From Pseudomonadota bacterium (GTDB lineage Bacteria; Myxococcota_A; Polyangia; Polyangiales; Polyangiaceae), in assembly GCA_003242355.2 (NCBI GenBank), contig QGUH02000001.1, positions 1 to 59,510 of the forward strand: a stretch of 59,510 nt of DNA, read 5' to 3'. The translations under genes were made by a program, and so were the position numbers. This document shows, piece after piece, positions 38,754 through 47,823 of the stretch; within the stretch, counting starts at the first letter, position 1; each line of letters begins with the position of its first letter. The notes under the pieces were generated by a model. That model was not told the DNA's origin, did not search any database, and was given only the letters and a program-made list of their open reading frames with translations.

Positions 38754-40609
38754 GGCGTGACCATCCGTTGAATGAAGAGCGGGTGCTCTGCGAAGGCGAT
38801 CAAGGTCTTCAAGATGTTGCTCTGGTCGGCCTCGGGCAGCTTGGACCACGCGCTCAAGAACTGCTCCTCCACGGCCCGAGCCACAGCGTCACTGCGCCCG
38901 GCGGATGCGCGGAAGAGGTGGCGCGCGAAGCACGCGCGGACCTCGGGCATGGTGGCGATCGCGACGGCGAGCTCGTCGCTGTTCGCGTAGCTGCCGTCGT
39001 ACGGCTTGCCGAAGTCGATGGTGACGGAGCTGTCGACGGGGCTGTTGTTCTCGTGCGTGCGGAACTGGCCCATGCCGTCGTACTGCTCGAAGCTGAAGCC
39101 GAGCGAGTCGATGACGCGGTGACACCCCTGACAATCCGGATCCGTCGCGTGGATCGCGAAGCGCTCCCGCGTCGTCTTGGTCGGGTCGGGCACCGGCGGC
39201 ACCACGACGATGTTGAGCTCCGTCGGGCTCGGCACGGGCTCACACAACACTCGACGCGCCACCGCCACGCCGCGCAGCACCGGCGCGCTCTCGTGCGCGT
39301 GCGCGTGAACGGAAAGGAACGCGCCCTGGTTGAGGATGCCGCGGCGATTGGCGAGCGGAATGCGGCCCGAGGCGCTGCCGACGCCGTAGTACTGCGCGAG
39401 CGGCTGCGGGAGCGGGCCCTCGGAATACGTAAAGTCCGCCGCGAGGAGCTCGGAAATCGTCGCGGTCGAGCCCCAGAGCACGTGCGTGACGAAGTCCTGA
39501 CTCTCGCGTCGAAGCGGTTCCCGAACCGCGTCGAACCCGGGATACACGTTCGAGTCCTTCGACGTCTTCTCGATGCGATCGATCCCGAGCCACTCGCTGA
39601 TCACGCGAACCATGCGGTCGCGCGCGGGACCATTCGGCGCGAGCAGCCGCTCGACCTCACGAGCGCGCCCTTCGGGAGTCGCGAGCTCGCCCGCGGCTGC
39701 GGCCGCGAGCAGCGCATCGTCCGGCGGAGCCCCGGTGACGATGAACGACAGCGACGCCGCGATCTCGTCGGGCGTAAGCGACACCACGCTGCCCGGAGCG
39801 GCCGTCCCGTCACCGAGCTCGGTGAGATACAAGAAGCCAGCCGACTGGAGCATGGCGCGCACGACGAGCTCGATCCCGTCCGCGTACGTCGCGCCTTCGG
39901 CGCCGAGCCGGTAGAGGTCGAGCAACCCGTCGTTGGGATCGGGGCCATCGATCTCCGCGGTCGTGAGCGGCCGCCGATACACGCGCCTTCCGAACGACTC
40001 GATGAACGCGCGCGCACAGGCCTCGCCCGGGTTCGGGTCGGAGCACGGCGCGATCTCCAACGCGCGCGCCTTCACCTGAGCCGCGATCGCTTCGGCGGAT
40101 GCAGCGAGCTGCCGCGCCACCCCGGTGTCCACGCGCTGAGCGTCGTTCAACGAGAAGCCGTCCTGGCGCGCATCCGGCGGGAAATCGAACTCGGACGACG
40201 GCGAGCCATCGAGACCGAAGAGCGCTCGGATCGAGGCGTCGTACTCCGCATTGCTGAGACGGCGAATGCGCGCGGGCAAATAGCCCGTCGGTGGACTGGG
40301 ATCGGTTCCAGCACTGCCGCCGTTCGGCGGCGGGCTCGCGCCACCGCTTCCGACGGTGCCGCCATTCGGACCGGTTCCCCCGTTGCCACTCGGCACTGCT
40401 CCGGTGCCCCCCGTCACCCCTTGGGGTGGAGCACCGGCAGTGCCACCGGTGCCGGAACCTCCGAACGACGCGGCGCTACCTCCCGTGTCGCCGCCCGAAG
40501 GATCGGGCGATTCGAAATCCACGATTTCCCCGCCGGAGCACGCGGGAAGCAGGACACCCATGGTGAGCACACCCAGGAGGGAGGTGTGTCGCCGAAGATG
40601 ACGAAACAT
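38750..40609 (-). CDS. DUF1587/DUF1595/DUF1592/DUF1588-type lipoprotein with CxxCH
   Basis: Lipobox LPAC; RRLSNAEY, FGRRVYRRPL, RGILNQGAFL, PVLRG, TTRER...CQGCH and GFSFEQYDGMG motifs. Confidence 0.88.
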   Translation of the reverse strand: MFRHLRRHTSLLGVLTMGVLLPACSGGEIVDFESPDPSGGDTGGSAASFGGSGTGGTAGAPPQGVTGGTGAVPSGNGGTGPNGGTVGSGGASPPPNGGSAGTDPSPPTGYLPARIRRLSNAEYDASIRALFGLDGSPSSEFDFPPDARQDGFSLNDAQRVDTGVARQLAASAEAIAAQVKARALEIAPCSDPNPGEACARAFIESFGRRVYRRPLTTAEIDGPDPNDGLLDLYRLGAEGATYADGIELVVRAMLQSAGFLYLTELGDGTAAPGSVVSLTPDEIAASLSFIVTGAPPDDALLAAAAAGELATPEGRAREVERLLAPNGPARDRMVRVISEWLGIDRIEKTSKDSNVYPGFDAVREPLRRESQDFVTHVLWGSTATISELLAADFTYSEGPLPQPLAQYYGVGSASGRIPLANRRGILNQGAFLSVHAHAHESAPVLRGVAVARRVLCEPVPSPTELNIVVVPPVPDPTKTTRERFAIHATDPDCQGCHRVIDSLGFSFEQYDGMGQFRTHENNSPVDSSVTIDFGKPYDGSYANSDELAVAIATMPEVRACFARHLFRASAGRSDAVARAVEEQFLSAWSKLPEADQSNILKTLIAFAEHPLFIQRMVTP

Positions 40610-40942
40610 CACTCCCATCATGCTCTGCACACGCGGTCCGGCAACCGGAAATTTCCGTGTTAGGACACCTTCCCTCACGGTCGTACATGAGCGCGCTCGC
40701 ACTCTCCTCCGGCCCCGGACTCGAATCGAGACATTCGGCGTGACGAGTCGTCGAACGGAATTCAGCAGCGCCCGACAATTACACCTAGAACGCCTGTAAT
40801 CGGTGCCATCCGGGGCCCGTCCGCTGCCGATCGCCCCCAACCGTTCGTTACGAAACGCGCAGACCTAACCCTTCGTCACCACAGGTGCGCGCTTCACGGT
40901 TCGTCGCAGCACGCGACCGATCCTTCGTCGTCGGCGGCACAC

Positions 40943-41773
40943 CTAATCCTCCGCGGCCGCCGGCTCGAACGAAAACGCGTATGCGAACGACTGCGCGAGC
41001 CCCAGCGCGAAGGCCCGCTGGACCTGCGTCTCCGGGCCGAGATCGAGACGCTCGCTCGAAGGCTCGAGCGTCGCGAGCTCCGCGGTTTGGAGCCAAACGC
41101 GCGGATCGATCGTGACGACGACCGTACCGTCGCCGCTCACGTCCGCAGGCTCGAAGCGACAGTCGTGAACGGTGCCTTCCACGGCGTGCGGCCAGACGTC
41201 TTCGAGAGTCGCGGTGACCCGAAACGCGATCTCCTCGTCGTCGTCGCGCAGAGCAACACCTTCGAGGCGCGCGATCGGAGTCGTGTAGTCGAACGGATCG
41301 TTGCCCTCGAGCGGCGCGTACACGACCTGGCCGATGGAGTAAGGCCCCACGAGTCCCTGACCACCACGAAGCACGATCGGCGCTTCGGACAAATCCAACG
41401 CGCGCGGGCCAATCCATTGACCCAGCACCGTCCCGTAGGAGAAATGGCCCGGATGGGCGTGCGCCGTCCGAACGAGCGCGCCGAGCAGCCGTTCGAGCCT
41501 CCCGGGCGAGCGCCGAGCGAGCGGCTCCTCGAAGATCCCACCGTAGTAGAGAGCACCGAGCCCCATCACGGCCCGTTCCAGGCGCACACGGTCGCCCGAG
41601 GTGATCGTGAACACGTCCCACGCTTCCGGATCGAGCTCGATGCGCGCGTCGAGGCGGACACCGCTGTCCGCCTCGTTCCCGGAGCTGCACCCGCCGACCG
41701 CCACGGCCAACGCTGCCCCCGCACGCACGAGGTCTCGGCGCGTGACTCGGCTTCGACGTGACGGAGACGTCAT
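40943..41773 (-). CDS. Hypothetical Tat lipoprotein with HAHPGH motif (candidate metal-binding protein)
   Basis: TRRDLV twin-arginine motif and lipobox VGGC; internal AHAHPGH; divergent from nikR. Confidence 0.7.
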   Translation of the reverse strand: MTSPSRRSRVTRRDLVRAGAALAVAVGGCSSGNEADSGVRLDARIELDPEAWDVFTITSGDRVRLERAVMGLGALYYGGIFEEPLARRSPGRLERLLGALVRTAHAHPGHFSYGTVLGQWIGPRALDLSEAPIVLRGGQGLVGPYSIGQVVYAPLEGNDPFDYTTPIARLEGVALRDDDEEIAFRVTATLEDVWPHAVEGTVHDCRFEPADVSGDGTVVVTIDPRVWLQTAELATLEPSSERLDLGPETQVQRAFALGLAQSFAYAFSFEPAAAED

Positions 41774-41890
41774 GGCGGCTTCTCTCCTCGAGGTGCCCGG
41801 AATCATGCCGCGCGCAGTGGCGGGCTGTCACGGTATACTCCGCCCGCGAATTCCTCGAACCGCGAGGGCTTCGCGGGCAATCGTCTTCGC

Positions 41891-42400
41891 ATGAGCTCGG
41901 ACCTCAGCCGCTTCGGCGTCACCATGGACCGCACGCTGCTTCGCCAGCTCGACGAAGTGGTGCGCGAGCGGGGCAGCACCCGCTCGGCAGTGCTGAGCGA
42001 CCTGGCGCGCGCCGAGGTCGTTCGCACGCTCGTGCAAAAGCCCATTCAGGCGGTCGGAACCCTCACCATCATCTACGACCACCACGTTCGCGACGTCACC
42101 GAGCGGCTGACGGAGATGCAGCACGAGCTCGGTGACAAGGTGCACTCGACGATGCACGTCCACCTCGACGCCGATCGCTGCCTCGAGGTCATCGTCGTCC
42201 GCGGTCGGGCCGACGCGCTGCGCGCCGCCGCCGACCGCCTGATCGCGACGCGGGGGGTGCTCCACGGCACGCTCGAGCTCTTCGCCGAAGAACGCGCGGA
42301 GAACGGCCGTCCCCGCGGTCATGCGCACGCGCCGCACGCCCACGCCCACGCCCACGCAGACGCGCACGCCGCCCCGCGAAGGCTTCGCAAGAAGCGCTGA
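41891..42400 (+). CDS. nikR: Nickel-responsive regulator NikR with His/Ala-rich tail
   Basis: Ribbon-helix-helix RFGVTM; Ni ligands QH...HVH...C (equivalent to E. coli H76/H87/H89/C95); YDHH. Confidence 0.93.
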   Translation: MSSDLSRFGVTMDRTLLRQLDEVVRERGSTRSAVLSDLARAEVVRTLVQKPIQAVGTLTIIYDHHVRDVTERLTEMQHELGDKVHSTMHVHLDADRCLEVIVVRGRADALRAAADRLIATRGVLHGTLELFAEERAENGRPRGHAHAPHAHAHAHADAHAAPRRLRKKR

Positions 42401-42514
42401 CCTCTGCGATCCCGCTCAGCGGACCGTGCAGGCGGGCGCATGCGCAAACGCGCGCACGCACGCTGCCCCGCGAAAGCTTCGCAAGAAGCGCTGACCTCTG
42501 CGATCCCGGTCAGC
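42371..42514 (+). repeat. Duplication of the nikR 3' end (2 x 50 bp, period 94 bp)
   Basis: 42371-42420 and 42465-42514 differ at 2 positions. Confidence 0.9.
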
Positions 42515-42557
42515 CCGGATTTCGGGCTTCCTCGTCGGGCAAGGCCGACAGCGAGGC

Positions 42558-43211
42558 TCAGCGCGCCGCGAGGAACAGGCCTTCGACGATGCCCACGCGG
42601 TAGGCGAGCACGAGACCGACCGAAAGGCTCAGAAGGCCCGCAACGCGCACGACCATGCGGCGAAGCCAGACCGCTCGCTCCGCGGCCCATGCCGTCGACA
42701 GCGCCAGGATCGACGTCAGCGCGGTCATCCCCACGACGGTGCCGAGCCCGAAGAGCCCGAGGTACGGCAGCGCAATCCACGAGTTCGCCGTGGACGCGAG
42801 CACGAGCAGCGCGACGGCCGCGGATCCCGCGAGCCCGTGCACGATGCCGACGCCGAGCGCGCGAAGCAGCGCCGCGCGCGGCAAGGTCGCCGCGGGTGCC
42901 CCTTCGCACACGGCCGGAGAGACGCCGCCCAGGTTGAGCACCCCGAGCCCAATCAGCATCAGCGCCACGGAGAACTCCATGCCGAGCCCGACACGCGGCG
43001 GGATCACGATTCCGAGCAGTACGATCGCGCTGCCCACGAGCAGCACCGTGAGGGCGTGCCCGAATCCCCAGGACGCGCCGATCAGCAACGCACCGCGGAC
43101 CGAGCGCTCCCGCGAGGCGATGGCCCCGACCGCGGCCACGTGATCGGCGTCCGTCGCATGGCGGAGCCCGAGCAAGAAGCCGAGCGCGAGCATGGAACCG
43201 AGCGAGCCCAC
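42558..43211 (-). CDS. NiCoT/UreH-type high-affinity nickel (cobalt) permease
   Basis: RHATDADH signature, WGFGH and GIVHGLAGS motifs; about 6 TM helices. Confidence 0.88.
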   Translation of the reverse strand: MGSLGSMLALGFLLGLRHATDADHVAAVGAIASRERSVRGALLIGASWGFGHALTVLLVGSAIVLLGIVIPPRVGLGMEFSVALMLIGLGVLNLGGVSPAVCEGAPAATLPRAALLRALGVGIVHGLAGSAAVALLVLASTANSWIALPYLGLFGLGTVVGMTALTSILALSTAWAAERAVWLRRMVVRVAGLLSLSVGLVLAYRVGIVEGLFLAAR

Positions 43212-43220
43212 GGCCGCGTC

Positions 43221-43248
43221 GTAGCACGACTTTCGGATTTCGTGCCAC
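43221..43248. promoter_or_regulatory. Candidate NikR operator
   Basis: GTAGCA-N16-TGCCAC palindrome with the 6-16-6 geometry of the E. coli NikR box, about 10 bp upstream of the Ni permease start. Confidence 0.65.
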
Positions 43249-43357
43249 CGCTCCGCGGCGCGCGCGCCTCCCCTCCGCGCCACTTCCGGGCCCGCGTCCG
43301 GAGGGCGCTCTTGTGTCGCGCGCGCAAACGGGTATAGGGGGCCTCTCCGAGATCCCA

Positions 43358-44917
43358 GTGGCCAAGCCTGCAGCTCAGAAATCCGCCATTTCTCCCACTC
43401 GCAGCGAAGACTACGCCGAATGGTACCAGCAGGTCGTTCGGGCGGCGGATCTCGCCGAGACCTCGCCCGTCCGCGGCTGCATGGTGATCAAGCCGTGGGG
43501 ATACGCCATCTGGGAGAACATCCAGCGCGTGCTCGACGGGATGTTCAAGGCGACCGGACACAAGAACGCCTACTTCCCGCTCTTCATCCCGAAATCATTT
43601 CTCGAGAAGGAAGCCGAGCACGTCGAAGGGTTCGCCAAGGAATGTGCCGTGGTCACGCACCACCGGCTCGTCGCCGGCAAGGAAGGCGGGCTGATTCCCG
43701 ACCCCGAGGCGCGGCTCGAGGAGCCGCTCATCGTGCGGCCCACGTCGGAAACCATCATCGGCGCCGCGTTCGCCCAATGGGTCCAGAGCTACCGCGACCT
43801 GCCGTTGCTCATCAATCAGTGGGCGAACGTCGTTCGTTGGGAGCTGCGCACGCGCCTGTTCCTGCGAACGGCGGAGTTCCTCTGGCAAGAAGGGCACACC
43901 GTGCATGCGACCGCGGACGATGCCGTCGCGGAGACGCGGCGAATGCTCGAGGTGTACACGGACTTCGCCGAAAATTACATGGCGATGCCCGTGATCCCCG
44001 GGCGCAAGACGGACAGCGAGCGGTTCCCGGGCGCCGTCGACACGTACAGCATCGAGGCGATGATGCAGGACCGCAAAGCGCTACAAGCGGGCACCTCGCA
44101 TTTCCTCGGTCAGAACTTCGCGCGCGCCAGCGGGATTCGTTTCCTCGACGCGGCCGGGCAACAGCAGCTCGCCTGGACGACCTCTTGGGGCGTTTCCACG
44201 CGCCTCGTCGGCGGCTTGATCATGACCCACTCGGACGACGACGGGCTCGTGCTGCCGCCCTTGCTCGCGCCCGCTCACGTCGTGATCTGGCCGGTGTTTC
44301 GCGGCGACGAGACGCGCGCGCCCATTCTCGAAGCGATCGAGCGCATCGCGACGGCCCTGCGCGCCGAACGCTTCGGCGGCCGCCCGATCGAGGTCGAGAC
44401 CGACCTGCGCGACGTCGGCGGCGGCGACAAGCAGTGGGAGTGGATCAAGAAGGGCATCCCGCTGCGCATCGAGATCGGTCCGCGCGACATCGCGGGGCAG
44501 ACGGCCATGCTCGCGCGGCGGGATCGCGGGCCGCGCGAGAAGGAGAACGTCCCGTTCGCCGAGCTGCCGCGGCGGATCCCGGAGCTGCTCGAGGAGATGC
44601 AGCGCGGGCTGCTGGAGCGCGCGCTCGCCTTCCGCGACGCGCACACGCGCGCGATCGACGACCGCGCCACGTTCGACGCGTTCTTCACGCCGAAGAACGT
44701 AGAGAAGCCCGAGATCCACGGCGGTTTCGCGCTCGCGCATTTCTGCGGGAATCCCGCTTGCGAAGCCGAGATCAAGGAATCGCTGAAGGTCACGATTCGC
44801 TGCGTTCCCCTCGACGACGTCCGCGGCGCCCGCGACGGTCACGTCAAGGAGCGCGGGCGCTGCATCGTCTGCGGCGGCGAGAGCGCCCAGCGCGTCGTGT
44901 TCGCGAAGAACTACTGA
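43358..44917 (+). CDS. proS: Proline--tRNA ligase (archaeal/eukaryote-like type)
   Basis: EAEHVEGFAKE, RPTSE, QWANVVRWE, EFLWQEGHT, QAGTSH and SWGVSTR motifs; terminal AKNY. Confidence 0.97.
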   Translation: MAKPAAQKSAISPTRSEDYAEWYQQVVRAADLAETSPVRGCMVIKPWGYAIWENIQRVLDGMFKATGHKNAYFPLFIPKSFLEKEAEHVEGFAKECAVVTHHRLVAGKEGGLIPDPEARLEEPLIVRPTSETIIGAAFAQWVQSYRDLPLLINQWANVVRWELRTRLFLRTAEFLWQEGHTVHATADDAVAETRRMLEVYTDFAENYMAMPVIPGRKTDSERFPGAVDTYSIEAMMQDRKALQAGTSHFLGQNFARASGIRFLDAAGQQQLAWTTSWGVSTRLVGGLIMTHSDDDGLVLPPLLAPAHVVIWPVFRGDETRAPILEAIERIATALRAERFGGRPIEVETDLRDVGGGDKQWEWIKKGIPLRIEIGPRDIAGQTAMLARRDRGPREKENVPFAELPRRIPELLEEMQRGLLERALAFRDAHTRAIDDRATFDAFFTPKNVEKPEIHGGFALAHFCGNPACEAEIKESLKVTIRCVPLDDVRGARDGHVKERGRCIVCGGESAQRVVFAKNY

Positions 44918-44988
44918 GGCGACGCCGTCGCGGGTCGTCGCCCTGCCCTACCCGTTCGGTCGTTCGCGGCTGGGGCGCGTCGTCGCTC

Positions 44989-45459
44989 TCAGTCGTGGAG
45001 CTGCTGGGCGAGATAGCGCTCGCGGCCGATCTCGCCGATGAGATGCAGCTGCGTCTCGAGCCAGTCCACCGCGTCTTCTTCGTCGACGAGAATCGATTCG
45101 AGCAGCTCGCGCGTTCCGGCGTCGTTCTTGGCGAGGCACAGCGCGATGGTCTGCTTCAGGCGCGCGAGCGCCTCGAGCTCGAGCTGGAGGTCGACCTTGT
45201 GGATCTCGACGGGATCTTCGCCGACGCGTACGGGATTGAGCCGCTGCAGATTGGGGACCCCCTCGAGGAAGAGGATGCGCTGGATCACGCGATCGGCGTG
45301 CTTCATCTCCTCGATCGATTCCTCGCGCTTCTTCTTCGCGATGCGCTCGTACCCCCAATTCTCCAGCATCCGGTAGTGGACGAAGTACTGATTGATGGCG
45401 GTAAGCTCGCTCGTCAGGATCTCGTTGAGGGCATCGATGATCTCGGGATCTCCACGCAT
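44989..45459 (-). CDS. bfr: Bacterioferritin (heme ligand Met52 present; ferroxidase His130 replaced by Ala)
   Basis: ELTAINQYF, EEMKHAD, ILFLEG.PN and DEEDAVDWLETQ motifs. Confidence 0.95.
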   Translation of the reverse strand: MRGDPEIIDALNEILTSELTAINQYFVHYRMLENWGYERIAKKKREESIEEMKHADRVIQRILFLEGVPNLQRLNPVRVGEDPVEIHKVDLQLELEALARLKQTIALCLAKNDAGTRELLESILVDEEDAVDWLETQLHLIGEIGRERYLAQQLHD

Positions 45460-45712
45460 GAACGGCTCCTTCGTTCCCTCTACCAAGGATCCGGGGTCGG
45501 CCAAAGCGCAGCGCGTCTCGATTCGACACACCCCGTCATCGAGCGGCCGGCCACTGCGGCGCGGAGCCCCGTTCCGGCCCTGACGGCGCGGCCCGAACGG
45601 CCCAAACGGGCGTGTCGGCCTGGCGGCCACACCTCGTTTGGCAGGTCGGCACGCGCCGCGCCTCGGTCGCCCGAGCCCTCGTTCCAGCCTGGTCGTAAGC
45701 CGCCGCGTTTCC

Positions 45713-45727
45713 TGATATTGACTATCA
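45713..45727. promoter_or_regulatory. Candidate Fur box between bfr and bfd
   Basis: TGATATT-G-ACTATCA, 2 mismatches from the 7-1-7 consensus TGATAATnATTATCA, about 33 bp upstream of bfd. Confidence 0.7.
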
Positions 45728-45760
45728 CTTGCAGGAAGGTAGACTCGCTGACGAAACGGA

Positions 45761-45979
45761 ATGCTGGTCTGCCACTGCAAGCGCGTGTGTGATCGAACGA
45801 TTCGCCAGTGCGTCCTCGAAGGCGCCCGCTCCGTCGATCAGGTCGGGGCCGCTTGCCGGGCCGGCACGGGATGTGGCGGGTGTCGACCGCTGGTCGAAGC
45901 GCTGATCGAGCTCGAGGTGCGGCGGCGCGAGAGCGGCGCTGGCCCGACGCCGTCCGACGACTACGTCGCGCACATCTGA
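45761..45979 (+). CDS. bfd: Bacterioferritin-associated [2Fe-2S] ferredoxin
   Basis: VCHC...GTGCGGC motif; adjacent to bfr. Confidence 0.93.
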   Translation: MLVCHCKRVCDRTIRQCVLEGARSVDQVGAACRAGTGCGGCRPLVEALIELEVRRRESGAGPTPSDDYVAHI

Positions 45980-46057
45980 CCCGCCCGAGTCTCCGACCGT
46001 TTCCGCGAACGCTTCGACGGCTCGCGCCGCGGGCGCTCGTGCCGTTGCGCCGAGCTT

Positions 46058-46088
46058 CGGTACGAGTGAATGCCGTGCCGTTTTTTTT
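46058..46088 (+). terminator. Rho-independent terminator downstream of bfd
   Basis: Stem cggtacg/cgtgccg (one G-U pair), 9-nt loop, followed by T8. Confidence 0.65.
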
Positions 46089-46241
46089 GGGGAACACGCG
46101 GGGACTGCGTGCGAGTTACGCCGACAAGGCGTCACAGTGCTTCTGCCGTAAGCGAATGGAGCGAGATCTCCTACAAAAATACGGCGGCGGAAGGTCGTGG
46201 GTCTTTCCATCCCTCGTGAGCTCGGGCAGCCTACGCATTCG

Positions 46242-46820
46242 ATGCGACAAGAGAGGGTTGCGGAGGCGCTGGGACCGAGCGTTGGCGCACCCGACACGCA
46301 GGCCCCAGAAGAAACGATCGTGCGCAAGACACGGCGCTCGACGCGGCCGCGCAGCATTCGTGTGGCCCGTTCGACGCGTGACGAACGAGCGCGAGCGGCT
46401 CGTCGCGCGCTGGAGCTCGAACGCGAGCTTCAGCGTCCACGTCGTCGCTCGGAGTGCATTTCCGGGCCGCGGCCATGTCCGTACGTCGCGTGCAAACACC
46501 ATCTGTATCTCGACGTGTCGCCGACGACCGGCACGATCAAGCTCAACTTCCCCGAGCTCGAAGTGTGGGAGCTCACGGATTCGTGCGCCCTCGACGTGGC
46601 CGAAGAGGGACCTCAACCCGTCGAGCGCACGAGCGAGCTCCTGAACGTCACGCGCGAGCGCATCCGACAAATCGAGGCCCTGGCGCTCGCGCGCTTGGCC
46701 ACCATTCGCGACGTACAGCTGCTTCGCGACGTGCCGGACAACACCAAGGCGGACACCCTCGGCACCGCGCTCTCGCCCCGCCGCCTGCGAGCAGCCAACG
46801 CGCTCAAGCGCGTGAAATAG
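46242..46820 (+). CDS. Sigma-70 region 4-like DNA-binding protein with Cys/His cluster
   Basis: C-terminal [15 protein letters not shown]; [18 protein letters not shown]...SCALD; no recognisable sigma region 2. Confidence 0.8.
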   Translation: MRQERVAEALGPSVGAPDTQAPEETIVRKTRRSTRPRSIRVARSTRDERARAARRALELERELQRPRRRSECISGPRPCPYVACKHHLYLDVSPTTGTIKLNFPELEVWELTDSCALDVAEEGPQPVERTSELLNVTRERIRQIEALALARLATIRDVQLLRDVPDNTKADTLGTALSPRRLRAANALKRVK

Positions 46821-46945
46821 TCGACCGCTCGGCGCACCCGATCGAACGACTCGTTACGCGAACCGTCCCGCAATGGCGCGCGAGCCACTCGACGAGACCG
46901 AGCGGCTCGGCGAACGCACTCCACCAATCCGAGTCGGTCGCCCGC

Positions 46946-47641
46946 TCAGGTGTAGAGCGCGTGAGCCAATAGCCCGAATGCGGGTCCCGCGATGTGCGGG
47001 AAGATCCACCACGCGACCAGCAACCCGAGGAGCTGGAGCATCGGGTTCTGGCGCAAGCGCTCGTAGAGGGAGCGGACGCCGCTCGGCCCGAAGCCCTCGA
47101 CCACGGCAGCCCCGTCGAGCGGGGGAACGGGGATGAGGTTGTACAGCCCCAAGATGATGTTGAGCTGGAGGAGCACGCTCAATGCGAGGCCGGTCGCCCC
47201 CAACCAGGAGCTGAACTCGTAGCCCTCGGGAAGGCGCACGAGGCCGACGCTGGTTCCATCACCGCCGAGGTGAAAGACCCCCGCGGCGGTCAGCACGCGG
47301 ATGGCAACCAGCGCGATCCCGGCGAGCAGGAAGTTCGCCGCGGGGCCTGCCAACGACATCAAGGCGCGCCGCCGCGGATGCCGCGCTCCCCAGTAGGGAT
47401 CGTACGGAACGGACGCCCAGCCGATCATCCACCCGAGCTGAAGGAAGCTGATGATGGGGACGAACACCATCCCGAACGGCTCGCGCCGGATGTGCGGCAA
47501 CGGGTCGAGCGTGACGTGGCCGAGCGAATACGCGGTGTCGTCTCCCCCGCGGTGTGCGACCAGCGCGTGCGCGGCCTCGTGGCACGTCGTGCTGAACACG
47601 AACACCAGGTACCAGACGAGAAACTCCGCGAACACGTGCAT
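46946..47641 (-). CDS. Site-2 protease (peptidase M50)
   Basis: HEAAH, AGPAAN and NLIPVPPLDG motifs; TM helices. Confidence 0.93.
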   Translation of the reverse strand: MHVFAEFLVWYLVFVFSTTCHEAAHALVAHRGGDDTAYSLGHVTLDPLPHIRREPFGMVFVPIISFLQLGWMIGWASVPYDPYWGARHPRRRALMSLAGPAANFLLAGIALVAIRVLTAAGVFHLGGDGTSVGLVRLPEGYEFSSWLGATGLALSVLLQLNIILGLYNLIPVPPLDGAAVVEGFGPSGVRSLYERLRQNPMLQLLGLLVAWWIFPHIAGPAFGLLAHALYT

Positions 47642-47823
47642 CGGGCCGCCGCGAGCCTAGTAGCGCGCCCCGAACCTGCGTTCCACATTTCTCCCCGCGC
47701 TCGGGCGGGAAGACTCGCATTCGAAGCCGCCAGGAGCGCGCCTGCGCCGACCACCCACGAATGAGGCGGAGGAGCCTGAGTTTCCGTTGCGGAATGCGCG
47801 GGCCGCCCAGTACCCTCGCGGTC

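Noticed and set aside
41834-41878. NiCo riboswitch in the nikR leader
   Set aside because: Only a single hairpin (gcccgcgaa/ttcgcgggc) after a TATACT box; too short for the four-way junction.
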